The notes beneath the pieces are model-generated. The model made no database searches. It was not told the origin of the DNA and saw only the letters and a list, made by a program, of their open reading frames with translations. A stretch of DNA of 63,610 nt, the filler included, from Rhabdomonas costata (lineage: Eukaryota), in NCBI GenBank assembly GCA_019059605.1. It is 54 parts of 54 records of this genome, joined end to end, with 100 filler letters (N's around TTAATTAATTAA, not from the genome) between each part and the next. Parts side by side here need not be neighbours in the genome. Positions count along the whole stretch, not along the records: positions 11,810 to 12,889 come from JAHMHO010029666.1; positions 12,990 to 14,068 come from JAHMHO010029667.1; positions 14,169 to 15,248 come from JAHMHO010029668.1; positions 15,349 to 16,428 come from JAHMHO010029669.1; positions 16,529 to 17,608 come from JAHMHO010029670.1; positions 17,709 to 18,788 come from JAHMHO010029671.1; positions 18,889 to 19,968 come from JAHMHO010029672.1; positions 20,069 to 21,148 come from JAHMHO010029673.1; 46 more parts are not named here. One strand, 5' to 3'. Shown in pieces: positions 11,810 through 23,508 of this stretch. The first letter of the stretch is position 1. Each line of letters begins with the position of its first letter. The position numbers and the translations under genes are program-made.

Positions 11810-12390
11810 GGTGTTGGTGGGCGCCCGGTCACGCCGCAGTTCCAGCGGTTCCCATTGTTTATGAAGTGCGTCGGGACGGAGACCCCCACCAACGCGGAGA
11901 TCGCCATTTCATCATAGGAGAGAAAATCCTCCAAGGGCAGGTTGGAGTCCTCCCCACTGTCTTTCCCGATTAGCTCAAACCCGCCGAACCCAGACTTGCC
12001 CTTTTTGGTGAGGTACTGGTCCGAGCCTCCCAGGAAGGTCAACGGCCGGTTTTGAAGAATCCGGTCGAAGAACGCCTCCACCGAGGCGATGGTGCTGAAG
12101 AAGCGCTTTTCCTTCTCAGTACCGTGAGCTTTCTTGATGGACAAAAATGCCTCGGCCAGTTGTTTGACGTCAGCGGAGGCAATCGGGCGGGTTTTCTGAG
12201 CGTGGGCGAGAATCTCCTCCTGGACTGCAACGTCGCGGCCAACTTCGAACATTCTGTTGTTGGAGGTGGGAAATCGGCATATGGTCTTGTGAAACTTGTC
12301 CGACAGGTCTACTAAAGTTGAGAAGGAGATTGTGTCGCCACCAGCCGCCGGCTTTGGCTTTGAAGTCGAGTTCACGACGTCAGTTGACAT
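11810..12390 (-). CDS. MavL-like / DUF4804 family protein, 5' part
   Basis: K-x-x-HGT-x-x-EK, RPLTF, D-x-YL, GGFE-x-IG and LSYDEM-x-ISAL-x-x-VS-x-x-T-x-FIN-x-G-x-R-x-N-x-G motifs; pyrimidine tract and AG upstream of the ATG. Confidence 0.8.
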
Positions 12391-14484
12391 GCAAGAGCAC
12401 ATCAAGGGGATAGAAAAGAAATATAAGCTGAGAAATCGAAGAAGAAGTGTGGGGCCCAACCACAACCAGCATTATGACCGCACTCTGAAACCCACTCAAC
12501 TCGCATTGAGGCGGTCCTAAAATCCTCCCAAATGTTTGGGATAACCCCTGTCACTCCTCATTTCAACCCCTCGCTGTCGTTGGTGATCGTAGTTGGCCGA
12601 ATGCTTCGAAACTTTGAGGGAAGCGGAAATGGATGGCGATAGATAAACGCAGATGAAGCCTGCGCTATGGAAACCGGTTCCAGCATTATTTTCCGTGGCT
12701 AAATTCATTTTCGGTCAGTCTGCAACGTAAACCGCAGCCCATTGTGCTCACACTGCAATTTCTTTTTGCACCAGTAAGAACCTCTCCAGAAAGACTTTCA
12801 GCCCCTAAAACAGCCTGAAAGAAGATTGATAAGGTGAAGTGTTTTGAAGTTTAATAGATTAATTGTTCTCAAAAGTTCCGGTGCCCCTTNNNNNNNNNNN
12901 NNNNNNNNNNNNNNNNNNNNNNNNNNNNNNNNNTTAATTAATTAANNNNNNNNNNNNNNNNNNNNNNNNNNNNNNNNNNNNNNNNNNNNCCGAAGCCGGC
13001 GGACACGCTCTCTCCGTTCCTGCGCGATTTTTTTTTTTAACAAAAAACGTACCGAATTCTGATCCAGCAATAGTAGTGTGCATTTCTTCCCATATTACAA
13101 GCCCTGCCCAGAAGTAGTGCTGGAAAAATCGAACAAACATGCATTTAACCTGCCTTACTTCCAGAAGGGCGCAGTCCAGCCGAGACGATCAGGAGGTACA
13201 AGTTCGATCCTCAGTCAATCCAAACTCAACGAGTCAATGATCGCATCAATTCATGTGGGTTTCTGTTTACCCGGAAAGCAATTCTGGTCGAGCGGAGTTA
13301 ATTCAGGCGCTTGTGGGGCTTGCACAGTATTTGGTGTGCCCTCCCCTCCTCAATGAAAACCGAAATGACCTTGGTCGGAGGATCTGCGGAGGAATCTGGA
13401 GCAGAGATGGGGACGTCCCGAGTGAAAACGGGCGCCCTGCTGCATCGCAGGCGGGACTTCATTTCAAAAAAGAGAATTCATGAAAGAAACAAATGGAGCA
13501 CATCTGCGTGGCGTGGCAGGTGAAAAATGCCCACATGTTAGGAAGAAAGCAACCATTGGAGTCTAGCGGTGCATCTTTGATGAGTGGCAGAACATAGAAT
13601 CATGTCAAAACGAAGACCATGGTCAGCAGTCAATCATAAATATCCTCGTGTCCGGATGTCGGGACCCGTATCGGGAACTCACCAGCTTGTCTTCAAAATT
13701 CTCTTCACAGAAATTCATGGGTCGGATACTTTCACAGAGCACAATGTCGTCAGACAGAAGCAGCATAAAAAAAAACAGGCAAATTAAAGTCTCCCAAAAG
13801 AGCCCACCCCCAGCACAAAAGCTGCATGACCAGTCCACACCGCCATTAGAGACAAAGTGAACCACACTTTGCGGCAAAAGAGGACGGCAGTCACACGCCC
13901 CGGCAGCGCTGCGCTGCGGAGGTTACAATGAAAGCCCCAAATAGCAAACAGTACAATGGGATCAAGGAACACGCCAGAGCCAGAAGGAAAGAAACAGGGA
14001 GCAGGCAAATGCCCTGGAAAGCCAGGCCCACAATGCGAGAATGGCGAATCCTCAAATGCCCCAAAAAANNNNNNNNNNNNNNNNNNNNNNNNNNNNNNNN
14101 NNNNNNNNNNNNTTAATTAATTAANNNNNNNNNNNNNNNNNNNNNNNNNNNNNNNNNNNNNNNNNNNNCTGCCATGCCGGTTTGTATGCGCGTGTGCACG
14201 CCATTGAGGTTTCCCAAGAACCTCCGCCCAGCAGAGGGGTGATCCGTACCCAGAGAGAAGCGGCTAGGCAGCAAGGAGTTTAGTAAGAGAAAGTTTGAAA
14301 GCCCGCTGGAAGCTGCAAACCAAAACCATGCCTTGTGCATGAAGTGTGTGTGTGTGTGTGTGTGCCTGCGTTTGTATGCGCGCGCGCCAAGCCACACGGC
14401 CAGACAGGTTTGGCGCAAGGTTTTGAAAAATTCCATGCATTCCACGTACCGCTATTAGGAGCTCAGGAACTCGTGTTTCTGCAG

Positions 14485-15187
14485 GAAAATTGAGGCCGAG
14501 GTCGCGGCCATGCTGACTGCTGCAGAGTGCCCTCCGCTACTGGTGGTTGTTGGGTTGCACTTTTTGGCAGCCCTGGGCAACGCCTGCCTAGGGTATGGGA
14601 CGCCCTCCCTCGTGCTGTCGCGCCCCTTTGAAGTTTTGAGTCACAAAAAGTAACTGATGGGAACGGAGTGCTTTTTTGGTTTGAATTTCCAGGTTCACAT
14701 TTTCAGCGGAGAGGCTACAGAATATTGGTATCGTTGTTTTTGTGAACTTTCTGATTTTGTTCGCTCGCCTGCTTCTCTTAGGCTGTTCGGTGAACTCCGG
14801 GGTGTAGTTTCACTCACGCTGGGCTGTGTGATGGAGCTTCTCAACGGTGCAGACTGTGAAATCAGAGGTTTGTTGAGTGTCATTTCTTTATTTCGGAACG
14901 ATTCTCCCATCACAGTGCCCCGAACTCCTCCGACCGCGTCACCGTGAAATGCCCTTTCAAAAACCCAACCCCGATGTCATCCTCGCATTCTGAAGCACCA
15001 AAGGGTGCCAAAACTGAACGCGAGTGGATAGCTTGGGGTCCAGTCCCATCTCCCCGGGGGAGCTTCTCCAGGCGATGGTGTGATTCTGGTGCAGTATGTG
15101 CCCAAGTGGACGCAATTTCTCTCTCCTCTTGGGGGGTTCTCAGGGCAGGCCTACGTTCTGCTCAGTGTTCTCTTCCGCGCGGGGGAG
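14485..15187 (+). CDS. Unknown protein, two probable exons (about 14485-14592 and 15094-15187)
   Basis: CAG acceptors, GTATGG and GTGTGC donors; KIEAEVAAMLTAAECPPLLVVVGLHFLAALGNACL and YVPKWTQFLSPLGGFSGQAYVLLSVLFRAGE. Confidence 0.45.
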
Positions 15188-16353
15188 GTGTGCGTGCTCC
15201 CCGAGAGAGATTCCCGGGAGGCAAGCGGGCATGAGGACAACCCAACCCNNNNNNNNNNNNNNNNNNNNNNNNNNNNNNNNNNNNNNNNNNNNTTAATTAA
15301 TTAANNNNNNNNNNNNNNNNNNNNNNNNNNNNNNNNNNNNNNNNNNNNGTTGGGTTGTGTGGGATGTGCATGTCATTTACATCAATGCATTCATTAATTC
15401 GAGAATCATCTCCTGTCATTGATCAAGTCCCGTGTTGGGCCGGTTGCGTCAGGCGTAAGCTGCTCTTGTGAAGGACTGCAAAGGGGACGGGTGCTCTTTG
15501 TGGATGGGGGCAATAAACTCTGGTTGGATAGGGACAAAGTAATAATAGGAGTTTACGATTGTTGTTGTGGTGTTAAACGTTCCAATAGGAGTTTCTTGGC
15601 GAGCGAAATTGAGGAATGTCCAGCAACAGCAGGTTTGGTCAAGCACGGTCATATTATTGTGCTGATGCGTGAGGGGAGGGGGCTTTGTTATGAATATGCA
15701 ACCACGCGCACGCAGGAGCTTCACGGCAGCTCACCATGAGGCAACCTCCACTCACATTGAGGGGGTGCGGCGAAGACAGGCCATGGTGCAGGACTTAATG
15801 CAGGTAAGTACTTGGCCCCAGCCTGCCCTGTCCGTCCGCTCGTGTTTGCTCGCTTGCCTCTGCTCGTTCTCTCAAGCAATTGTTTCATGAGGTGGCATCG
15901 AACACCATGTGCTGTTGCATAAGGATTCTGAGTTCTGAGTTCGGTATGTTTTGCTTTGGGCGGTGCTGTACTCCGCATCGGTTTGTAACGTTCCTGCAGG
16001 GCCTTGTGAAAGCCTAAAACTGTGGCAGGTTAGCTTGAGTTGTTCACTTTCCAGCTCTTTAGTATGCTTCTGGGTCCTTGCGTATTACAGCAACGGTCCC
16101 GGCGCGAGCGAAAGCACGATGCAGTGATGAACCACATCCCCAGGCAGCGGAAGAGGAGGAGAGAGCTGGACAAGGATCCACCAGAAGGGTCCCTGCCCCT
16201 CTTTCCGATGCATTGTGATAACTGTGTGGCCTTTTTTAGAGCGATCAGTTTGTATTGGCGAATCGTTCGTGTGACCTGCGATTTTTGGTCAGGGCCAGAA
16301 TCAAAATGTCGGGGATAATTATGGATATGGCTTGTGAAAACATTGGGAGTCGA

Positions 16354-16428
16354 GAGGGCTAAGCCGAAGCAGGCCTGGGGTCTTTTGTATATACAGCAGG
16401 TCTCCCGAAACGCTGCGTGGCCGGTCCT
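16354..16428 (+). repeat. Third copy of the GAGGGC(G/T)AAGCCGAAGC repeat
   Basis: About 75 bp similar to 7573-7647, including AAACGCTGCGT(A)GGCCGGTC. Confidence 0.75.
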
Positions 16429-16941
16429 NNNNNNNNNNNNNNNNNNNNNNNNNNNNNNNNNNNNNNNNNNNNTTAATTAATTAANNNNNNNNNNNNNNNN
16501 NNNNNNNNNNNNNNNNNNNNNNNNNNNNGTGGTGGGTGTGTTTGGGGTGTTTGGGAACTTTGTCAGGGTCCTGGGGTGCACTTTTCGGACCTTTCCACGC
16601 CTTAGCAATGAGCTCAAGCATTGGGCGGGGCCTATTAGCATACCTCAGGGTTGAGCCCAGGAGTGCTTCATGCTGGCACTGGAGTGAGCCGGCATGCATG
16701 TGTTTACAGCAGCCCTAGAGGTCTTTTTAGGCCATTTTGGGTGTTCTTGAACCCTTTTGCCTTTACATAGGCTTGAAAGGACCGTTTTTCTTGCTTTACC
16801 TTGGACTTGGGTTTGGATGAGAAAGAACTGTAGGCTGGCACACCCCACCTGCACACCGGCGTAAGCTCTAAGTTTGTAATCTTGCTTGGTTTTATGGTGG
16901 ATGTTTTTTTTGACGGTTTTCTCCTGGTTCTTTTGTATCAG

Positions 16942-17346
16942 GCGGCACCGAAGCCCGATGCCCCCGCCAATGGCAGAGCTGTGCTGCCCAATGCTCCGGG
17001 TCCCAGCCTTCCCGCCGCGATGAGCGTGGAAGAACATGTTGAGAAACTTTTTGCCGCCCATCCACTGCTGAAGCAGATCAGAAACATCAAAACCCAGTAC
17101 GATGAGGTGCAGAAACTGAAGCAGTCTATTGTTTTCGGACGGGTGTGTCCACTTCTTCTGCCGATGTGCACGTTTCTAGCCTCATTGTTTTCGTTGTTCT
17201 GCTGGTCGTTTCTTGGATTTCAGGTTGAACCCACAGAGGAGCTGATGCGACGAGTTGCGGACGCCCCTCAATTGAAGCAGAAAGCCGCCGAATTGGAGCT
17301 GCGCTGGCAGACTGAGAAGACCGAGAAAGTGGCTTTTCTGAAGAAA
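16942..17346 (+). CDS. Unknown helical protein, exons 16942-17142 and 17224-17346
   Basis: Canonical 81-nt GT-AG intron; KQIRNIKTQYDEVQKLK helix. Confidence 0.7.
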
Positions 17347-19140
17347 GTTAGAGTGGTACGGTTGTGTTTGTATTTCTTGCCCAATCAGAAGCTGAAATAG
17401 TTCTTCACGAACAAACGTTGAGTTGGCCCATCTACCTCATTTGGGCATCTTCGGAAGCAGGTCCAGAAAGCTCCCAGTGGAAGCGAAGTTTTTGTAAGAA
17501 CGTCCAACCCGAATAAAAAAGCACGCACGCACGCACACACACACACATACTTTGTGCACTTGGCCGGGACGACTTTTTTATTCGGGTTGGACGTTCTTAC
17601 AAAACCCCNNNNNNNNNNNNNNNNNNNNNNNNNNNNNNNNNNNNNNNNNNNNTTAATTAATTAANNNNNNNNNNNNNNNNNNNNNNNNNNNNNNNNNNNN
17701 NNNNNNNNGTTGTTGGGGAGGAGGGGGTTGTCACGCGGGCGTACGTTGGTCCTGGTGACGTGTAAGGTGTAACAACGTGTACATAATAACATACCATTCA
17801 AAGCTGACTTGCTGTTTTAACAGCACGTGTAGGTTTCAGCTCTTTCACAATCAGTGCATGGCACATGACCAAAAGATAGGCCAGATATGTTGTTGGTAAG
17901 CAGGTAAAACTCGGTAACTGGTGCCCAAAACAATCAGTCAGTTGGTAATACACCCTTGATTCTGGCAACCCCACACCATTTTCGAACCTACAAAACCCCA
18001 CTTAACGTCCCGAGTTGGCTATCCCATCACCCCTCCCGAGCCATACGCAATTCACACATGCCAACACACAATCAAGCCAGCAGTCGTCACAAAAAGCACC
18101 AAGGAGCACCATCCCAAAACTAGTACAAAAACACACACCGATGAGCATGAGCCAGGAGCAGATGACCGCGTATGGTTTCACAGCTCCCTTTTCCCTAGTC
18201 CCACTAGTGCTACCGTCAACGCAGACATATTGCCACCAAAAATACAAAGAGGCAAATTTACAGAAGCACATGTCTGACAAAAAACCGCGGAGACAATGTC
18301 GGCAGCTGCCTTTTGCAGCGTACGCAGAAGTTTCCCATGGTCCAGCAACGCGACAGGAAACGACTAACACGGGGAGGAGCCAGACGCGGAGGAGCCACGA
18401 ATCGACCTGAGAAGGCACCAAGAGGCCGCGTCGTAGCTCACACCCACCAGAAAAAGCACCACCCAGTAGGCAGGAACAAAGGGAATGCCTACAGCTACGC
18501 GCATACAAACAAAGACCACCAAGAACCTCGGAGCACGTCCACTTCGGAATCCTGCTTTCCGTGAAGGAAAGGACCACAACGTGGTCCTGCACCGGCTACC
18601 CCCTTTTCTCAGCACACAGTAAAGTGAGTCTGTGTTCCAGTGTGCAGCTCGGGGCCATTACAGTGAGCGCTCCGCAGCCTCTAGCTGCCTCCGGAGCTCC
18701 CGAAGCATATCCCGAGCCGACTGGGGCTCCTCCAGGTGGGCCGCATCCTCCTGCTCGGCCAGCTCAGCTTTTCTTTCGCCACACCACCNNNNNNNNNNNN
18801 NNNNNNNNNNNNNNNNNNNNNNNNNNNNNNNNTTAATTAATTAANNNNNNNNNNNNNNNNNNNNNNNNNNNNNNNNNNNNNNNNNNNNCGGTTGACCGTT
18901 CATCAGATAAGAATCAAAGGTGGGTGTGCGGATGTGGTTCGAAATTCATCCCCCATGGCATCCAAAGTAGTGTATTGCTTGGGCAGCCTTCCCACATGGA
19001 TGCTTTGTCTCTTGTCCGTATTCGGCAAACAAAATGATGCGCTAAACCTCACGCTTGTGACCCCTCACATATTCCTCGACCTGTGTGTGGAGGGTTCCCG
19101 TTGCTGTTTCAGTTCCTCATCATTCTTCAACTATTCAGCA

Positions 19141-19303
19141 ATGCGCGGCTTTATGGGAGTAGCCCTAGTGCTGATGTTGGCGTCCTGCTCTCTTGCGCGT
19201 CACGCCCGAGTCGTGACGCTAAGCAAGGAGACGGCCAACCAACAAGTGAACCTGGGCGAGAATGATGAGCTGCACGTCACGCTTCCAGCGAATCCGTCCA
19301 CTG
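19141..19303 (+). CDS. Chagasin/ICP (MEROPS I42) cysteine-protease inhibitor, exon 1 with signal peptide
   Basis: Hydrophobic N-terminus, then V-x-LG-x-x-x-x-L-x-VTLPANPSTG, the I42 NP[ST]TG loop; GT donor at 19304. Confidence 0.75.
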
Positions 19304-22300
19304 GTCTTGTTTGCTAGGCCCTGATCGCAGGTTGGAAAGTTTCCTTCGCAAAATCGGAAATTCGTTCAAGCCACGTGATGAATTTCCTAACCAGCAAATT
19401 GCTGTACCGTGTGCCATCCCCTTGCTTTTTGTGTTTCCGTGAAGTTTTCTTTTGTTTGTGTTTGTTTGATGGATGATTGCTATGGATGAATGGTTCGGTT
19501 CGACTGACGTTGGGGGGGGGGTGTAGTACCCGTTACCAGCGGTGAAAGAAAACTAATGAAAATTTGTTTTATTTTAACTTGCAAACGGGTAGCACCTTCG
19601 AAATGACTCTTATTTAGTGTAAGTTTAGTGTATTTAGTGAGGGGGTCAGGTGACCTGTGCCGTGTTCGCTTGACGAGTATCCTTGGTCTTTTCTTCTTGC
19701 ACGTCAAATTTGGTGCTGATTTTAGGACTACACGGCTGGGATATGGGGGCCAGTCCGCGGCGCAGCCGGAGCTGACTGGGGTAAATGGGAACGTGCCCAG
19801 GGGGGGCCTTTTCCCACTTTTTTTTAATCATCCAATAGAAAAATTGATACCAGTGGTGAGCGTTACCACTCCGTTCCCTCCCAACGTCAATTGCACCGAT
19901 GGTTCTTCGTATGACAACCGGTGACAAACATGTTCACCACACTGGAGACGTAACTTTGGCCTCAAAACNNNNNNNNNNNNNNNNNNNNNNNNNNNNNNNN
20001 NNNNNNNNNNNNTTAATTAATTAANNNNNNNNNNNNNNNNNNNNNNNNNNNNNNNNNNNNNNNNNNNNTGTTTGTGGTTAGTGGTGAAAATGAATTAAGC
20101 AATGCAGCCACATGCCTTCTGGGTTCCGAGAAAACTGCACATAGCAAGTGTTTTAAGTATTTGTATCCAATGACTGGTGTGTCATGGTGGTGGGGTCTCC
20201 ATACGGATTATTGAATGTGAATATAGTGTATCAGCCGTGCGGAATGGTTTCCAGAGAGAATGCCGGGCATTCGAGTTTTCCACGCAATCAAACTCACCCG
20301 GTACCAAGGGCTGTGCACTCTGTGGCAAGGAGCCCCAAGGGGTATATGTGATTACCGTTTGGGTAAATCCCGTTGGTCTCGATCCTCACGGGCACCAGTG
20401 CAACTGATCCATATTATTGACCACATTATTGATGTTGACATCCGCAGTCATGTTTCGAGACTGTATCAGTCAAGTTTGCGGCTTCGACATTCCGCATGTC
20501 TAAAACAAGGCTTTTGTATGCTCTTAAGTATCAAATTTCTCAGATTTAGAGAACAAGAAGAGTCCATCTAAGCAAGGAACCAGCTCCATCATTTGGCATT
20601 AGAAATGTACCCCACCACACTGACGCGGTGTCTATGGCGGGTAACCTGTTTGTCGGTATATATAAAGCAAATTCAACGACAGCTCACTTTTTACGACTCC
20701 AAACGCGGTGTGGCATTACCTTGTCTGTCATTCACGTCTTTCCGCCTGTCTTTGCTCTTCATTGGGCACTCGTCATCCCAATAAATTTCTTGATCAGCAG
20801 CAGAAAAACGCTTTGCTTCGGCGTTCATAACAAGAGCAGTAAGACGAACGACTCTATACCGATATCTTGCAATCTACGCTAGTCTATGTGTGTTTGATGT
20901 TGCTGCAGCGCTCCTGGTCCGTGAATGGTCTTCTCTCCTTAGAAAATCGGCTGGTAGAGTAGCACAAAGTGGTTGAAGAGTGCCCCGAGGAAACAGAAGA
21001 TTTGGAAGGTAACGACAAAACCACTCACGACGCTCTTCACGTTTCCAGTAATGTCGCATGTTGCAACTTCTGGACTTCCGCTCTCGGTGCACAGCTCCCG
21101 CTGCTGCTCCAGCCGAACTTCTGGTCAACGTAGTGACCTGAGAGCGCGNNNNNNNNNNNNNNNNNNNNNNNNNNNNNNNNNNNNNNNNNNNNTTAATTAA
21201 TTAANNNNNNNNNNNNNNNNNNNNNNNNNNNNNNNNNNNNNNNNNNNNGGGTTTGTTTTTGCTGCTGCTGCTGTTGTTTTTGTTGAAAAGGCGGTCTGCC
21301 GGAATCGAGTTCACTTCGGATTGGGATGCTGCTGCTGGCAGGCCCTCCCCAGAGCCTCCTGGACTGAGGCAGCGCTTCCAGGCCCTTCTCCGGAAATGGG
21401 TGCCCTAGCACCCGCGAGTAGGAGAGTCCTGTGGGCGCTTTTGCGCGTGGGAAGGCTCTGAACCCATTGAATGATGTGCGCTTTTTTGTTAAGCTCATTA
21501 CATCCCCGTCTTTGTGGTTTTGTGCTGTCGCCCCCTTTAGTGACTCCATTGTATTACTGCGTGCACCACGTGTAATTTCTCGATTCCGATGCCCACGGAT
21601 ATTACCCTTTCTCCTCCTTCTTCGTGCCCTGTCTCTGGCTCTTTTACGTGTTCCCCCTGCATTCTTTCCCCTCACGATGTTGAAAAGCTGTGTCTGTGTC
21701 TGTAATTCTGTCTCTCTGTGGGTTCGAAACGTGTCTTTCCTGGCTGCCTGCTGGGACTCAGGTGCGACCCTCTCCGTGTGACGCCCTGTAACAAGGGAAC
21801 AGTTTGGCGCGACGGAATGGACGTCCACCCACCCATCGCACCCACTCAGAGTCTCTCTCATACGCCCCATCTCTTTTGCTGTGGCCTCCTCTTCTGTGGC
21901 CTCCCCGTCTCAGTCTTGTCCTTTTCCCCCGTCTTTCCTACATGCGCAGAGACAAAGGTGATATCTGCTCTCTACCGGCGTTGTTGGTGGGCGCCAGCAC
22001 GTGCAGCTCAGGTACTGCTTCTCAGCACCCGGGCACCCCCTAACCCACAGCCCCACCCCCATCACGATCAGGACCTAACCGCGCAGTCACCCTCAGATAT
22101 TCACTCCGCGACAGCTCCTGCCCTTCCTTTCTGTCCCCCCATCTCTTGTACTGTCGTATTGTGCAGGAAGGTGCGACGGCCATCGAGGGACTCACTCCCG
22201 AATCCCCTGTACACGATTCGACAGCCAAAGGCAGAGGGCCATCGGGGGCACAGGGGATTCGGGAGTGAGTCCCTCGATGGCCCTCTGCCTTTGGCTGTCG

Positions 22301-22428
22301 AATCGTGTACAGCCCTCACACCCCCACANNNNNNNNNNNNNNNNNNNNNNNNNNNNNNNNNNNNNNNNNNNNTTAATTAATTAANNNNNNNNNNNNNNNN
22401 NNNNNNNNNNNNNNNNNNNNNNNNNNNN

Positions 22429-23508
22429 GCAAGGCCGCACAGCTGCTCAATCAGCGCCTCGGTAGTGTCCGAGGACAGAGCCGTCCCAGGAGCCGTCATG
22501 TCAGCGAGGACCTTTGACAAGCAGTTTGAAGGGGAATGAGATACACTGAGCAGACGATACCCTCCACAAGCAGAGAGAAGAGTGTGTGCAGTTGGCAGGA
22601 TGGAAGATGAAAGAAGCAAAATGGGTGTGGTTGCGATCACCAGTCATCAGGCTATTGTTCCAACAAAAAGGTGCGGCCCACGTCATCTACTAAAGGTGTG
22701 TGACACACCTTTAGTAGATGACGTGCTTGGGTTAACATGGTGTTCCTGAATCGGCTCGAAATATCACGGTGGACATTTTTAATTGGCGACCTCAAAAATT
22801 AGGATTGTGACCAATTCAATGCACAACTAACACCAGTTCTCCACTGGAAAACCTGCATACCCCAATTCAGACCAAGAAATCTCTAAAACGCGGCTCTGAA
22901 AAGAGACTCAAATCAAAGTACAGGCACAGTTCACGTGCTTTGGGATACCGACGAGCTCAGTTGACAGTTGTTTTGGTGGTACACTTTCGGAACAAAGAGA
23001 GATCACCACACCGTATTGCAGCACAGTGTAGATATTCCCCCCGACAAAAGTTTATTCAGTCCTAAAGTGTCAAAATTTTTTTTTGGTAAAAAGGCACAAA
23101 CAATACGAGATTCATACGTTCGCCAAAGAAAAGTGTCCACCCCAATATTTAGAGATACCGTGCTGGTAACTGTAGGAAGGACACTTTGCCTGAGATGGCG
23201 AATTCGCCTTGACGACTCTCCGATATGCTTGCAGTGGCACTCGCTGAAGACGGGAACGATGGTGGTGCTAATGAAGGTGAACATACCCAGTAGAGTGGTG
23301 ACCGCTGCCAGCAACTGCTGCTGATGCTGCTCCTGCTGGGCCGCGGTAGGCGCCATAGGTACCAGCACACTCATCAGCCCTGCAAGGCCGCACAGCTGCT
23401 CAATCAGCGCCTCGGTAGTGTCCGAGGACAGAGCCGTCCCAGGAGCCGTCATGTCAGCGAGGACCTTTGACAAGCAGTTTGAAGGGGAATGAGATACACT
23501 GAGCAGAC
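22429..23508. repeat. Contig with identical 127-bp direct terminal repeats (953-bp loop)
   Basis: 22429-22555 is identical to 23382-23508. Confidence 0.95.
23287..23464 (-). CDS. Helical (HEAT/ARM-like) protein exon
   Basis: AAG|VLADMTAPGTALSSDTTEALIEQLCGLAGLMSVLVPMAPTAAQQEQHQQQLLAAVTTLL|GTATGT. Confidence 0.55.

Noticed and set aside
20180-20900. Possible decayed non-LTR reverse transcriptase on the - strand (GSLPQSAQPLVP)
   Set aside because: Only a vague resemblance to the PQG motif, with no YADD-type motif seen
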